Assembly: GCA_040081625.1 (NCBI GenBank)
Contig: JBEBGD010000005.1
Span: 46,966 to 110,965, forward strand
Direction of reading: 5' to 3'
DNA from: Chthoniobacteraceae bacterium
GTDB lineage: Bacteria > Verrucomicrobiota > Verrucomicrobiia > Chthoniobacterales > Chthoniobacteraceae
Length of the DNA: 64,000 nt
This document shows, piece by piece, positions 28,465-41,000 of the stretch (position 1 is its first letter; each line of letters opens with the position of its first letter). The position numbers were made by a program, and so were the translations under genes. Under the pieces are notes generated by a model. It was not told where the DNA came from, ran no database searches, and saw nothing but the letters and a program-made list of their open reading frames with translations.

Positions 28465-29193
28465 ATGAAACTCCTCGCAGTTCTTCTCGGCGCCTCAGTC
28501 GCGCTCGCTTCAATCCAAGCCCAGGACGGAGCCCCAGCGGCGCCGAAGCGCAGCCTGCTGAAATACACGCCGCCAAAATCCACGGCGGGTGGTGCGCGCA
28601 TCGATGGCGACGGAGGATCGCGCGGCCCCGACGTGCAGCTCCCGGCGATCACCGTGCTTGCGCCGAAGGAGGCTGCCGTGACGATCAGCGAGCAGCCGTC
28701 GTTGTTCTGGTTTCAAGCGGGGCCGATGCCGGAGAAGGTCATCAAGACCGCGCGCATCGAAGTCGCGTTGATCGACCCGAAGAATCCAAAGCCGCTCTTC
28801 AAAGTCACGTCGCCGCTGGCCGCCGACAAGCAGGCTGGCGCGGGGCTGCGCCGGCTCTCGGTGGGAAAACAGAACGTCACGCTCAAGCCGGGCGTGACTT
28901 ATAAATGGAGCGTCGCGCTCGTTCCCGATCCGGCAAATCGTTCGCAGGATGTGGTCACCAGTGCATCGATCCAGCGCATCGAGCCGAGCAAGGAACTCGC
29001 GGAGGCGCTCAAGTCCGCAGCGGACGGCGACAAGGCGGCGGTCTTCGCGCAGAACGGCGTGTGGTATGACGCCGTCGATGCGATCACGACAGAGATCGGC
29101 AAGGATCCGAACAACGCCGAGCTGCGAAAGATGCGCGGCGAGTTGCTGCGACAAGGCGGGCTGAAGGACGCCGCGGCCGCCGACTTGAAGTAA
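28465..29193 (+). CDS. DUF928-domain secreted protein
   Basis: Signal peptide; GGSRG, TISEQPSLFW, YKWSVAL and GVWYDA motifs. Confidence 0.8.
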   Translation: MKLLAVLLGASVALASIQAQDGAPAAPKRSLLKYTPPKSTAGGARIDGDGGSRGPDVQLPAITVLAPKEAAVTISEQPSLFWFQAGPMPEKVIKTARIEVALIDPKNPKPLFKVTSPLAADKQAGAGLRRLSVGKQNVTLKPGVTYKWSVALVPDPANRSQDVVTSASIQRIEPSKELAEALKSAADGDKAAVFAQNGVWYDAVDAITTEIGKDPNNAELRKMRGELLRQGGLKDAAAADLK

Positions 29194-29200
29194 CGCCAGA

Positions 29201-31996
29201 ATGAAATCACCCCGCGCCGCGCAGCAAATCGCCGTGGCGATTTGCACGGTGCTCGCGTCCGCCGCGGTGCGTGCAGCCGTGGCGACGGATGGCTCGCTCG
29301 GCTCGGGCGGCGCGATCGTTCCTGCTGGCGGCAATTACGCGATCCCCGCGTCGCTCGGGCGGACGGTCGGCGCGAATCTTTTCCAGAGCTTCAGCGAGTT
29401 CAATTTGCTGATGGGCGAGTCTGCCACGTTCAGCGGGCCGAATGGCATCGCAAGAATCCTCGCGCGGGTCACCGGCGGGCCTTCGACCATCGACGGCACC
29501 ATCCGCTCGACGATCGACGGAGCGCATCTTTTTCTCATCAACCCGCAGGGCATCGTCTTCCAGTCGAACGCGGCGATCGATGTGAAGGGATCGTTCACCG
29601 CGACGACGGCGGACTACGTGAAGCTGGGATCGAACGGACGCTTCGACGCGCGCGACGCGGCGAACGACGTGCTGACGAGCGAGCCGGTTTCGGCGTGGGG
29701 TTTTCTGCCCGCGAGCATCGCTCCGATGCCGATCTCGGTGGCGGGCTCGACGCTTTCGGGAGGGGACGGCGCGACGCTCTCATTCATCGGCGGCGACATC
29801 TCGTTCGATCGCGCGCGCGTCTCGGCGCCGGGCGGACGCTTCGAACTCGCGTCGTTCAATGCGCCTGGTGAATACGCCGGCGACCTGAGCGGCGTCAGCG
29901 GCTCAGGATTCATCGGACTGCTCGAGAGCGACATCGATCTCGATGGTGCGCAAGGCGGTTCGCTGCTCATCCGCGGCGGCAGCCTGACTGTGCAGCGCAC
30001 ACGGATCACTTCGACCACCACGGGCGCGGGCATCGGCGGCGACTTCGATGTGCGCGTCGCGAAGGACATGAAGGTGATCGGCACCCGGACGAATTCGGCG
30101 AAGTTGCTCACGAGCACGAGCGCAGGTGGGCGCGCGGGGAACGTCGTGATCCGCGCGGGCAAACTGGTCATCGAGGGGGAGGGCTCGCGGGTCGGGAGTC
30201 TTGCGGACATCGCGACGACGGCCACGGCGCAGGCCGGTCGCGTCGATGTGCAGGCGGGGCAGATGGAGATCAATAGCCGCGCGCGGCTCGAGTCGTCCAC
30301 GAACGGCGCGGGCCAGGGCAATGTGGTCGCGGTGAAAGCGACCGCGCTTTCTATTCGCGGAGACGCTTCGGAGGTGGCGACGGGGATTTTTTCCGACAGC
30401 ACGTTGCTCTCGGCGGATGGAATCGGTGGCGCTGCGGGCGGCGTGCAGGTGCGTGCGGACACGCTGCGGCTTGAAAACGGCGGCTTGATCGAATCGACCA
30501 CCAGCGGGCTCGGGCGCGGCGGAAATGTGAACGTCGCGGCGCGCGACATCACCATCACCGCGCCGGCCGTGAAGCTGGCGGTGGCAGGCGGGCCGAACCC
30601 CGCGGCGACCGGCATCTTCGCCGACACCGGGTCGTTCCTGGCGCCGCAGCAGGCGAGCGGACAGGGTGGAAACGTCTTCGTTTCCGCGGACCATATCCGC
30701 ATCGAGGAGGGAGGATTGATTTCGACCAAGACCGTCGGCCTCGGCGCCGCAGGAAACACGGAGGTCCAGGCGCGATCGCTGGAGATCGCCCGCGGGGCGT
30801 CGAGCTTCGTCACCGGCATCGCCGTCGGTGCGCCGCTCGATATCAGCGGGCCGGGCGGGAATGTGACGGTGAAGGTCGATACCTTGCGCATCACCAACGG
30901 ACAGATCACCGCCTCGACCGAGGCCACCGGCAAGGGCGGCAACGTCTCGGTCACCGCGCGCAGCATCCTGCTCGACGGCAGCGGGCCCTCGGACCTCAAC
31001 ACGGGAATTCTTTCGGAGACCACTTCGTCCGGTGCGGGCGGAAATGTCACCGTTGTCGCGGATACGATCCGGATCATCAAGGCGGGCCGAATCTCGACGC
31101 TCGCCGCCGGCACGGGCCAGGGCGGCGACATCGTCGTGCGAGCCGGCAGCCTGCTGATTTCCGGCGCGGGAACACCGCTGTTCACGGGGATCATTGCCTC
31201 GACCCTTTCCGAGGAGAAAAATGCCGGAGCCGGCGGGCGCCTGAGCATCTCGGCTGGCAGCGTGCGGCTCGTCGATGCCGGCGGGATTTCGGCCACCTCG
31301 CTCGGGCGCGGGGACGGTGGCAGCGTGCAACTCAGCGCGAACCAACTAACCCTCGACCGCCTCGGCGCGATCGAAGCTTCCGCCGTCGGGAAAGGCGTCG
31401 CGGGCAGCGTGACGATCGATGTGATCGCACCGCTGGTCATGCGCGGCGCGAGCAGCATCCGCACGACTTCGGCGATCAGCAGCGCGGGCCAGATCACGAT
31501 CCGCTCGGCGAGCGACATCGACCTCGGCGGCGCGAGCAGCATCACCGTCACCGCGTCGCTCGGCAATGCCGGGCAGATCACGCTTTCCGCGCCGGGGATG
31601 ATCTATCTGCACGACGGCTCGGCCGTGCTCGCGGAAGCCGGGCTCAACGGCGGCAACGTGAGCATCTTCACGCGCTTCGCGATCTTGAGCGCGAGCCGCA
31701 TCAGCGCGAACGCCATCCTCGGCGCGGGCGGAAACATCCTGATCGTCGCGGACAGCTTCCTCGCGTCGGAGAGTCCCGTGACCGCGTCGTCGGAGGCGAG
31801 CGTGCAAGGCTCGGTGGTGATCCAGTCGCCCGACGCGCAGCTCGCGAACGCGCTCACGCCGCTACCCGCGGGCCTCATCGGCACGAATGTGCGGCTATCC
31901 GAGCGCTGCGCGATCCGGCTCGGCGCGGACTTCAGCAGCTTCCTGGTGATCGGTCGCGGCGGCATGTCCATCGCACCCGGCGAACCGGCACCTTGA
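29201..31996 (+). CDS. Filamentous-haemagglutinin-like TpsA exoprotein (TPS domain)
   Basis: NLFQSFSEFN, RVTGG.S.IDG and LFLINPQGI TPS motifs; Gly-rich beta-helix repeats; C-terminal C...SSFLVIGRGG. Confidence 0.88.
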   Translation: MKSPRAAQQIAVAICTVLASAAVRAAVATDGSLGSGGAIVPAGGNYAIPASLGRTVGANLFQSFSEFNLLMGESATFSGPNGIARILARVTGGPSTIDGTIRSTIDGAHLFLINPQGIVFQSNAAIDVKGSFTATTADYVKLGSNGRFDARDAANDVLTSEPVSAWGFLPASIAPMPISVAGSTLSGGDGATLSFIGGDISFDRARVSAPGGRFELASFNAPGEYAGDLSGVSGSGFIGLLESDIDLDGAQGGSLLIRGGSLTVQRTRITSTTTGAGIGGDFDVRVAKDMKVIGTRTNSAKLLTSTSAGGRAGNVVIRAGKLVIEGEGSRVGSLADIATTATAQAGRVDVQAGQMEINSRARLESSTNGAGQGNVVAVKATALSIRGDASEVATGIFSDSTLLSADGIGGAAGGVQVRADTLRLENGGLIESTTSGLGRGGNVNVAARDITITAPAVKLAVAGGPNPAATGIFADTGSFLAPQQASGQGGNVFVSADHIRIEEGGLISTKTVGLGAAGNTEVQARSLEIARGASSFVTGIAVGAPLDISGPGGNVTVKVDTLRITNGQITASTEATGKGGNVSVTARSILLDGSGPSDLNTGILSETTSSGAGGNVTVVADTIRIIKAGRISTLAAGTGQGGDIVVRAGSLLISGAGTPLFTGIIASTLSEEKNAGAGGRLSISAGSVRLVDAGGISATSLGRGDGGSVQLSANQLTLDRLGAIEASAVGKGVAGSVTIDVIAPLVMRGASSIRTTSAISSAGQITIRSASDIDLGGASSITVTASLGNAGQITLSAPGMIYLHDGSAVLAEAGLNGGNVSIFTRFAILSASRISANAILGAGGNILIVADSFLASESPVTASSEASVQGSVVIQSPDAQLANALTPLPAGLIGTNVRLSERCAIRLGADFSSFLVIGRGGMSIAPGEPAP

Positions 31997-32015
31997 CGCA
32001 GCCCTCCATCAAATC

Positions 32016-35000
32016 ATGAAAACGAAACCGCTCACTCGTCGGCGCCGCGGCGTCTCCGCTCCTGCCGTCGAGGTGCTCGAAGCCCGCATCTCCCCGGCGA
32101 GCCTCGCCAGCCTCGATGTGGCCGGCAATATCAGCGTGCTCGGCGATCAGGGTGCCACCAGCGAGATCGAAACGTTGATCTTCACGGTCAACGCTGGCGA
32201 GCTGCACATCGTAGATCCGACGCATCCGATCACGGCCGGGCCGGGCTTCATCCAAAGCGGTGCGAACGAGGTCACCATCGCGCTTACACTTTTCACGGGG
32301 AATCTCACCGTGGACACCGGGACGGGTGCGGACACGCTGGCGTTCAGCAGCGACCTGAACCTGCCGGGCGACGGCACGCTCGCGAGCGGCGCGATCACTT
32401 TCAACAACAGCATCACGCTCGCGACCGACAAGACGCTGACGGTCAGCGCGACCGACACGATCAGTCTGCCGAACACCGGAAGCGACCTCGCAACGAGCGG
32501 CGCGGGCGCGATGTCGCTGACGACGCTGAAGAACATCTCGCTGGCGAGCGGGGCGAGCATCACGACGGTGAATGGCGACCTTACGCTCTCGGCGAACGCG
32601 GCGGGGACGACGACGGGGAACTTCAGCGGCGTGGATGTGAACGCTGGCCTCGTGCAGGCGACGGGCACGGGTGTCGTCTCCGTCACGGGCAGGGGTGGTG
32701 ATACGGGGATGCGGAACGTCGGTGTGCACGTGCAAGCTGGCGGCGACATCATCGGCGGCACCACGGGCACGACGATCGTCAATGGCACGGGTGGCCCCGG
32801 GAATGTCATCGCCAACGAAGGCATCCGGCTCACGGATTCGGGTTCGAGCATCACGAGCGGTGGGGCGAATGTCTCGGTGACCGGCCAGGCCGGCGGGTCG
32901 GGAACGGCGGGCTCCAATTATGGGGTGAATGTTTACTTGGGTGCGCTCTTGTCTGCGGGAGGCAGCGGTAATGTCACGGTGATGGGGACTGGCGCGGCGA
33001 ACTTGGGTTCGGATAACTACGGCGTGAACCTGCAATCGTCAGGTTCGCAGATCACCTCCAGCGGTGGCAACGTCAGTGTCACCGGCGTGAGCGGAGGGAC
33101 GGGGTCGGGCGGCGCGGCTGCCGGAATTTCGATCGACTCCGGCACTGTGAGCGCCGGGGGGTCGGGCACGGTCACGGTTATCGGCACGGGGGATCTGACG
33201 TCGTCAGGGGTCAACGTGAACCTCGGCATCGATGTCCGGTTCACCTCCACGATCACTTCGTCCGGCGGGAACGTGCAAGTCACGGGCGCCGCGGGCGCGG
33301 CCAACAGTTCGACGTTGGGCGAGGGTGCTGGTATCCGAGTTTTTGGCGATAGCCTCATCACCGCCGGGGGCAGCGGCACGGTGACGGTGAGCGGCACAGG
33401 TGGAGCGGGGCCTACGGCCTCAGCTCACGGGGTATTCGTCTCTGGCAGTAATTTGAACTCGAACCTCGCCCGCATCGGCGCGGCCAATGGCGCGACCACG
33501 ATCACCGCGACCTCGGGCAATACTTCGAGCATCGCGCTCTCGGTCGGCACGAACAACGCCGGACGCATCACGACGGGCACGAACAACCCGATCACGATCA
33601 CTGCCGACAGCATCGACTTCGGCGGCTCGGCGACAATCTCCAGCGGCACGGGGGCGACGACGATCCAGACGCGCACGTCCGGCACCTTCATCAATCTCGG
33701 CGGCGCGGATGTGCTCACCGGCAGCCCGCTCACGCTCGGTCTCACGGACGCGGAACTGGATAAAGTCACCGCCAGCACGCTGACGATCGGCGACAGCAGC
33801 AGCGGCGCGATCACGGTGAGCGCGGCGCTCACGCATCCGAACAACCTTTCGCTGACCACCGGCGGCGGGGTGACCTTCAACCAGGCGGTGACGATGGCGG
33901 TGAATAAGAACCTGACGGTCAGCGCGCTGAGCACGACCACCGGGGCGATCAGCCTCGCGACCACGAACTCCGACCTCGTCGCGAGCGGCACTGGCGCGAT
34001 CTCGCTCACCACGGTGGCCAATATCGCGCTGGCTAGCGGGTCGAGCATCGCGGTGGTGGATGGCGACCTCACGCTGAGCGCGAACGCGGCGAGCACGGGC
34101 AGCTTTTCGGCCGCGGGGATCGACTTGAACGGCGGCACCATTACGACCAGCGGGACGGGCAATGTGAGCCTGACCGCAAAGGCTCCCACTAACGCTGGTG
34201 GCATCCAGGTGCGCGGCGGTGCCAAGATTCTCTCAACTGGGGCTGTGCTGGCCACCCAAGGCAAACTGACCCTGAATGGTCGAGTCACTAATGGCGGGAC
34301 GGACGTCACCGTCACGGGAACGGGCTCGGAGATCAAATCGCTGAGCGGCGACATCAGCGTGACTGGCGGTATCGACGGTGGGGTCGCCCACACCGGGATT
34401 TTGGTTTCATCGAGTGGCTCGATCGAGTCCACCGGCACGGCCAAGATCACCCTCAACGGATACAGTCGGAGCGCGACCGCCGTGATTATCGACACGCTGG
34501 GACAGGTGAAATCCGCCGATGGTGCCATCGCCATCGCGGGCACCCTCAACGACACGCCATCCAAGGGGATTACGGTGCAGGGCGGGGGCAAGGTGCAGTC
34601 CACCGGATTGGCCACCATCACCATGGACACGTATGCCTCAGCTGGTGGCGGCAGCGCTGGCAGCCATGGAATTACCATCACCGGCACGGGTTCGGAAGTC
34701 ACTTCGGTCACCGCGGCCATCGTCCTGACCGGACAGCCCAAAGCGTTTTCAAACAATAGCTACTCGGTCTATATTCTCAGCGGTGGAAAGGTCGCTTCCA
34801 CGAGCGGTGACATCACGCTCGCCGGCAGGGATTCCAGCAGGACGGGGAATTTGGCGATCAATTATAGCAGCACCGTGCCCATCTCCACTAGCGGCACGAT
34901 CACCTTGATCGGCGGAGGAGGCTCCACCGGTTCCGGCATGTCGCTCACCGGCGGATTGATCTCTGGCACCGCCGGCGTGACGATCCGGCCCGGTCCCGGC

Positions 35001-38000
35001 AATGCAATCGATCTCGGCACCGCTGCGGATAACACCAACTCACTCGGCCTGTCCGACGCCGAACTCGACATCATCACCACCGCCGGCACGCTGACGATCG
35101 GCGACAGCGCCAGTGGGGCGATCACGGTCACCGCGGCGATCTCGCGCCCGGCGTCCACGAACGTCGCGCTGACCGGCGGCAGCAGCATCATCTTCAACCC
35201 CGGCACGCTGAACACGAGCGGCGGCACGCTCGCGCTCACACCCGGCGCGTCGGGCAGCGTGCAGCCGATCACGAGTGGGACGGAAGTGACCGCCTCGAGC
35301 GTGAGCTTCGAGTCCGGCGCGGACCTCGCCATTGCGATCAATGGCACGACGTTGGACACGCAGTATCGCCAGCTCAATGTGGTCGGCGGCGTGAATCTCA
35401 CCGGGGTCGATCTCGTGCTCAGCGGCTCGCATGTGCCGGTCGGCGGGCAGACCTTCACCATCGTGGAAAACGACGGCACCGACGCGATCACCGGCACGTT
35501 CAACGGCCTAGCGCAGGGCGCGACGATCACCGGCTTCCTCGGCTCCGCGCTAAGCGCGACGATCAGCTACACCGGCGGCAGCGGCAACGACGTGGTGCTC
35601 ACGGCCGTGGCACCGCCCGAGACCGACGTGTCATTGAGCGGCGGCAACCTCGTCGTCACCGACAGCAATGGCGGCACCAGCACCGACACGATCACGATCA
35701 CGCTCAACGGCGCGAACGTGCGCATCACCGATCCGTCCAATACCGTCGGCGCGGGCGCGGGCGCGACGCAGATCGATGCGAACACCGTCGAGGTGGCGCT
35801 GGCCTCGATCACGGGAAACATCCAGGTCAGCACACTCGGCGGCGACGACACGCTCACCCTCGCGCTCGCGGGCGGGGATTTCATCGTCGCGGGCGGACTG
35901 ACCTATGCGGGTGGCGCGGCGGGCACGGACAAGCTGATGGTCACCGGCGGTGCGCAAGGCACGGTGACCTACAACTTCACGAACGCGAACGACGGCAGCG
36001 TGGTGCTGAGCAACTTCGGCACGGTGAACTTCACCGGCCTGGAAGCGACCACGAACTCCGGCTCGGCGACGGACATCGTCTTCAATCTCCCGACCACCGC
36101 GAGCACCGCGACGCTCGCCGACGACGGCACGACTTCCAACGGCCTCTCGCGGCTCAGCGCCGCGACGTTCGTGACGAACGATTTCTCGAACCCGAGCGGC
36201 TCGCTCACGCTCAATCGCGGCAACTCCGCCGACACGCTCACGATCAACGCGCTGCCGGATTTCGACGCGAGCCTCACGCTCAGCTCCGGTGCGAATCCGT
36301 TCAGCACGCTGACCTTCGCCGGCGCGGTCACACTCGCGGCGAGCAAGACTCTCAGCGCAAATGCGAGCGGGACGATCAGCCTCGGGGCAGCTGGCGCGCT
36401 CACCACCAGCGGCACGGGGGCGATCAGCCTCACGGGCGCGGACGTGACGGGTTCGGGCAATCTCAGCGCCGACGGCGGTTTGACGCTGACGAATACCGGC
36501 ACCTCCAGCACGCTCAGCGGCATCATCAGCGGCGTGGGCGCGCTGACCAAGCTCGGCACCGGCACGCAGATCCTCACCGGCACGAACACCTACACCGGCA
36601 CCACGACGATAAGCGGCGGCTCGCTGCAAATCGGCTCGGGCGGCACCACCGGCACGCTGGGCACCGGCTCGGTGATCAACAATGCGAACCTCACCTTCGA
36701 CCGTTCCAATTTCATCGGGGTCAACAATGCCATCGGCGGCACCGGGAGCGTGTTTGCGAACGGAATCGGGCAAACTTTGTATTTCGGCAATGCCAACACC
36801 TACACGGGCCAGACTCAGGTCAACGCGGGCCGCCTGGTTCTCGGAAACTCGGCCTCGCTCGGCTCGACAGCCGGAGGGACGGTGGTGGCAGTCGGTGCGA
36901 CGCTGGACTTGAATGGGAATGGCATCGCGGTGGGCGCAGAGGCCCTGACCATCCAGGGAGCGGGTGCACCGGGTGCGCTCGCCGCGCTGCAAAGCAACAA
37001 TGTGGGCAACTCGAGTTGGGCCGGCGTGGTCACTCTGGCCGGAGCGACGACCATCGGCGGTAATCAGCCCGGCACGACCCTTACCTTGGGCGGTATTGTC
37101 ACCGGCGCCTTCGCATTGACGAAGAACGGTCCCAATACCCTGATCCTCTCCGGCGCGAACACCTACACCGGCACCACCACGATCAGCGGCGGCACGCTGC
37201 AAGTCGGCAACGGCGGCACCACCGGCACGCTGGGCACTGGCGCGGTAACGAACAATTCCGCGCTGGTCTTTAACCGCAGCGACAGCATAACCATCGCGAA
37301 CAACATCTCCGGCACGGGCTCGCTGAACGTGACGGCCGGCGGCATCACCGCGAGCGGCGTGTGGAACCTCGGCGACGATGCGATACTCAACAGCACGGCG
37401 GGCATTACTTTCAACAACGCGGTGACGATGGCGGTGAACAAGGGCTTCACCGCCAGCGCAAGCGGGACGATTAGCCTGCCGAATGCGACGAGCGACATCG
37501 CGACGAGCGGAACGGGCATCATCAACATGAACGGGAGCACTGGAGTGGTGCTGGCTGCGGGTTCCAGCCTGGCGACCGTGGACGGCGGCATCGTCGTCAC
37601 GTCCACGTCCGGGGGACTGAATCTCAATGGAACGACACTCACCACGAGTGGCATTGGCAATGTCAGCCTCACAGGGACCGGCAGCCTCGGCACTCAACTG
37701 TCCAACGGAGCCCAGGTTCTCTCGACGGCCACCGGGTTGCTCGCCAATCAAGGATTGTTGACGTTGGCGGGCACTGGCTCCGGCAGTTCAACGGGACTTG
37801 TTATCAGCAGCGGTTCGTCCGTGATTTCGGTCGACGGGGCGATCTCCATCACGGGAACGGGCACGGCCGCGGGCGCGCTGACCTCGATTGGAATTCGTGT
37901 GGACGCAAGCACGGTGGAATCGACGGGGCCGGCGACGATCACCATGGTCGGCAGAGGATCATCGGGTCTGAACGGAGGTGGCCATCACGGCATCTTCGTG

Positions 38001-41000
38001 ACGGGTGGAACCGCCCAGATCACCTCGGTCACCGGGAATATCTCGCTGGACGGCCAATCGGGGTTCGGCCGGGGTGGGGATAGTCACGGCGTGTTCGTCG
38101 TGAGCGGTGCCGATGTGACGGGAACCGGATCGGCCAATGTGAGCATCCTCGGCGTGAGCCCGCTGACCAGCGGCGCCGGCTCAAACAGCAACGGAATCGT
38201 CATCTCGGGGGCCGGATCACGGATTACCTCAGCGAACGGAACCCTGGCGCTGGACGGAAGCGGGGCGGACGAAGCCAGTAGCGAGGGCGTGGTCATCACC
38301 GCCGCGGGAGAAGTTGCATCGACCAATGGAAATATCGCCGTCACGGGAACGGTGAGAGTGGGAGGAAGCAATCCAACTGGCGCCGGAATCATCTACGACA
38401 GCGTCACTCCCCTCACCACGAGCGGCACGATCACCCTCATCTCCGGCACGAACATTGGCGCCCGTATGATTCTGGACAATGGCGCCATCTCCGGAGCCGC
38501 CGGGGTAACCTTGAGGGCTGGAAATGGTATCGCAATCGACCTCGGCTCAACGCTGGATACAGCCGCCAACGGACTGGAACTCTCCGACGCCGAACTCGAC
38601 CTCATCACCACCGCCGGCACGCTGCAAATCGGCGACAGCACCAGCGGGACGATCACCGTGAGCGCGGCGATCACGCACGCGAACCATCTCTCGCTCACGA
38701 CCGGCGCGGGCGTGACTTTCAACCAGGCGGTGACGATGGCGGCGAACAAGAACCTGACCGCGACGGCGAACGGGACCAGCAACGGCACGATCAGCCTTTC
38801 CAGCACCAACTCCGATCTCACCACGGGCGGCACGGGTGCAATCTCGCTCACGACCGCGCGCGACATCACCCTCGCCAGCGGAGCGAGCGTGGCGACGGTG
38901 AATGGCAACCTGACGCTCAGCGCCAACCAGCAGGTCACGCCGACCAGCGGCAGCTTCACCGGCGTTTTCTTCAACGATGCGGTCGTGCAGGCCACCGGCT
39001 CCGGCGCAGTCACGGTGCTCGGCAAGAGCGGCGACGGCTCTTTTCAGCAGCGCGGGATTTACCTCTTCACCGGCGGCAACATCATCGGCGGCACGAGCGG
39101 CACGGTGACGGTGCAGGGCACCACGGGCGCGGCCACCGGCACGCAGGCCGACGGCATTTTCCTGTTCGGCGCCGGCACCACCATCACCTCCACCGGGGCG
39201 AATGTGGCCGTGAGCGGCACCGGCGCCAGCACCGCGAGCAGTGACAACCAGGGCGTCTATGTCTCCACCGGCGCGACGATCACCGCGGGCGGCTCCGGCA
39301 CCGTAACGGTCACCGGCATCAGCGGCGCCGGGTCCGTCTCCGCGGGCGTCCGCAGCATCGGTGGCATCATCACCTCCGCCGGCGGCGCCGTGACGGTCGA
39401 AGGCGCGAGCAGTGTCCTAAATGCGATCTCGCTCTCTGGCTCGGGCGCGGAAATTTCCAGCGGCGGCACCGCGCCGCTCACGCTCATCGGCGACAGCTTC
39501 AGCCGGGGCGCTCCCAGCATCGTCCGCGCGGGCACCGCCGGCGATGCGACTGTCACTTTCAAGCCGCGCACGGCCGGCACCTTCATCAATCTAGGCGGCG
39601 CCGATGTGCTCACCGGCAGCCCGAAGACGCTCGGCCTCACCGACGCCGAGCTCGATGCCGTCTCCGCCGCGACGCTGCAAATCGGCGACGCAAACAGCGG
39701 GGCGCTCACGGTCAGCGCGGCGATCACGCACGCGAACGATCTTTCGCTCACGACCGGCGCGGGCGTGACTTTCAACCAGGCGGTGACGATGGCGGCGAAC
39801 AAGAACTTCACCGCGAGTGCGAGCGGCACGATCGGCTTCGCGAACACGAACGCCGACCTCGCCACGAGCGGCACGGGTGCGATCTTCCTGGCGACCGCGC
39901 GGGACATTTCGCTCGTGAGCGGTTCGAGCGTCGCGACAGTGGACGGCAACCTCACGCTCAGGGCGAACCTGGATGGGATGACCTCGGGGAACTTCATCGG
40001 GATCAGCAGTTCCGGCGGCACGGTCCAAACCACGGGCGCGGGTGTGATCTTGATCAGTGGTATCGGCGGCAACAGCGGCGCCGGGACGGATGGGGTGCGA
40101 CTCAGCAACTCGGCGTCGGTGAGCGGCGCGTCAGTCACGATCACCGGCTTCGGCGGCACGAGCACCGCACGCGCGTATGGCGTCGTGGTCTTGTCGGGTG
40201 CGACGGTGACTTCATCGAGCGGAACCGTGAGCGTGACCGGCACTGGCGGCGCGGGGACGGATCACAACTACGGCGTCTATGTGCAGGACGGCGGAATCAC
40301 CTCCGGCGGCGGCGGCGTGAACGTGACCGGCACCGGTTCGAGCGCGGCGGGATCGTTCGACAACTACGGCGTCTATGTCGAATTCTCGGGGCAGATCACG
40401 GCTGGCGGTGCGGGGAGCGTGATGGTGACCGGCACCGGCGGCGGTCCGACCGGCGGCGGCTTCGGAGTGCGCGTGGGATACGGTGGCACGATCACTTCGT
40501 CCGGCGGAAACGTGACTGTGATGGGCAACGGCGGCACCGATGGTGGCGGAGGCAATTACGGGGTGGGGTTGGACAGTTCCTCCGGCAGCACGCGTATCAC
40601 TGCGGGCGGGACGGGGTTGGTCAGCGTTACCGGCATTGCGGGCGCTGGCAGCAGCGTCGGCGTTTTCGTCGAGGGGAATGACTCGGCAATCACCTCGAGC
40701 GGAGGACCGGTGACGGTCGCGGGAACGGGCGGGATGAACGTGGGCACCGACCTCAATCACGGCATCCACCTCACCAGCACCGGCTCAATGGTCACCTCCG
40801 GCGGCGGCAACGTGACGCTGACCGGCACGAAAGGCACGGGCGCGAATTCCTTCGGCATCCGACTCGATGGCGCGAGCGTGACGACCGCTGTGAACGGCGG
40901 AAACATCACCTTCGACGCGACCACGGTCGCGCTCGGCGCGCCGACGACGATCACCACGGATCGCCCGGCGGGCACCGACGGCGCGATCATCTTCACCGGA

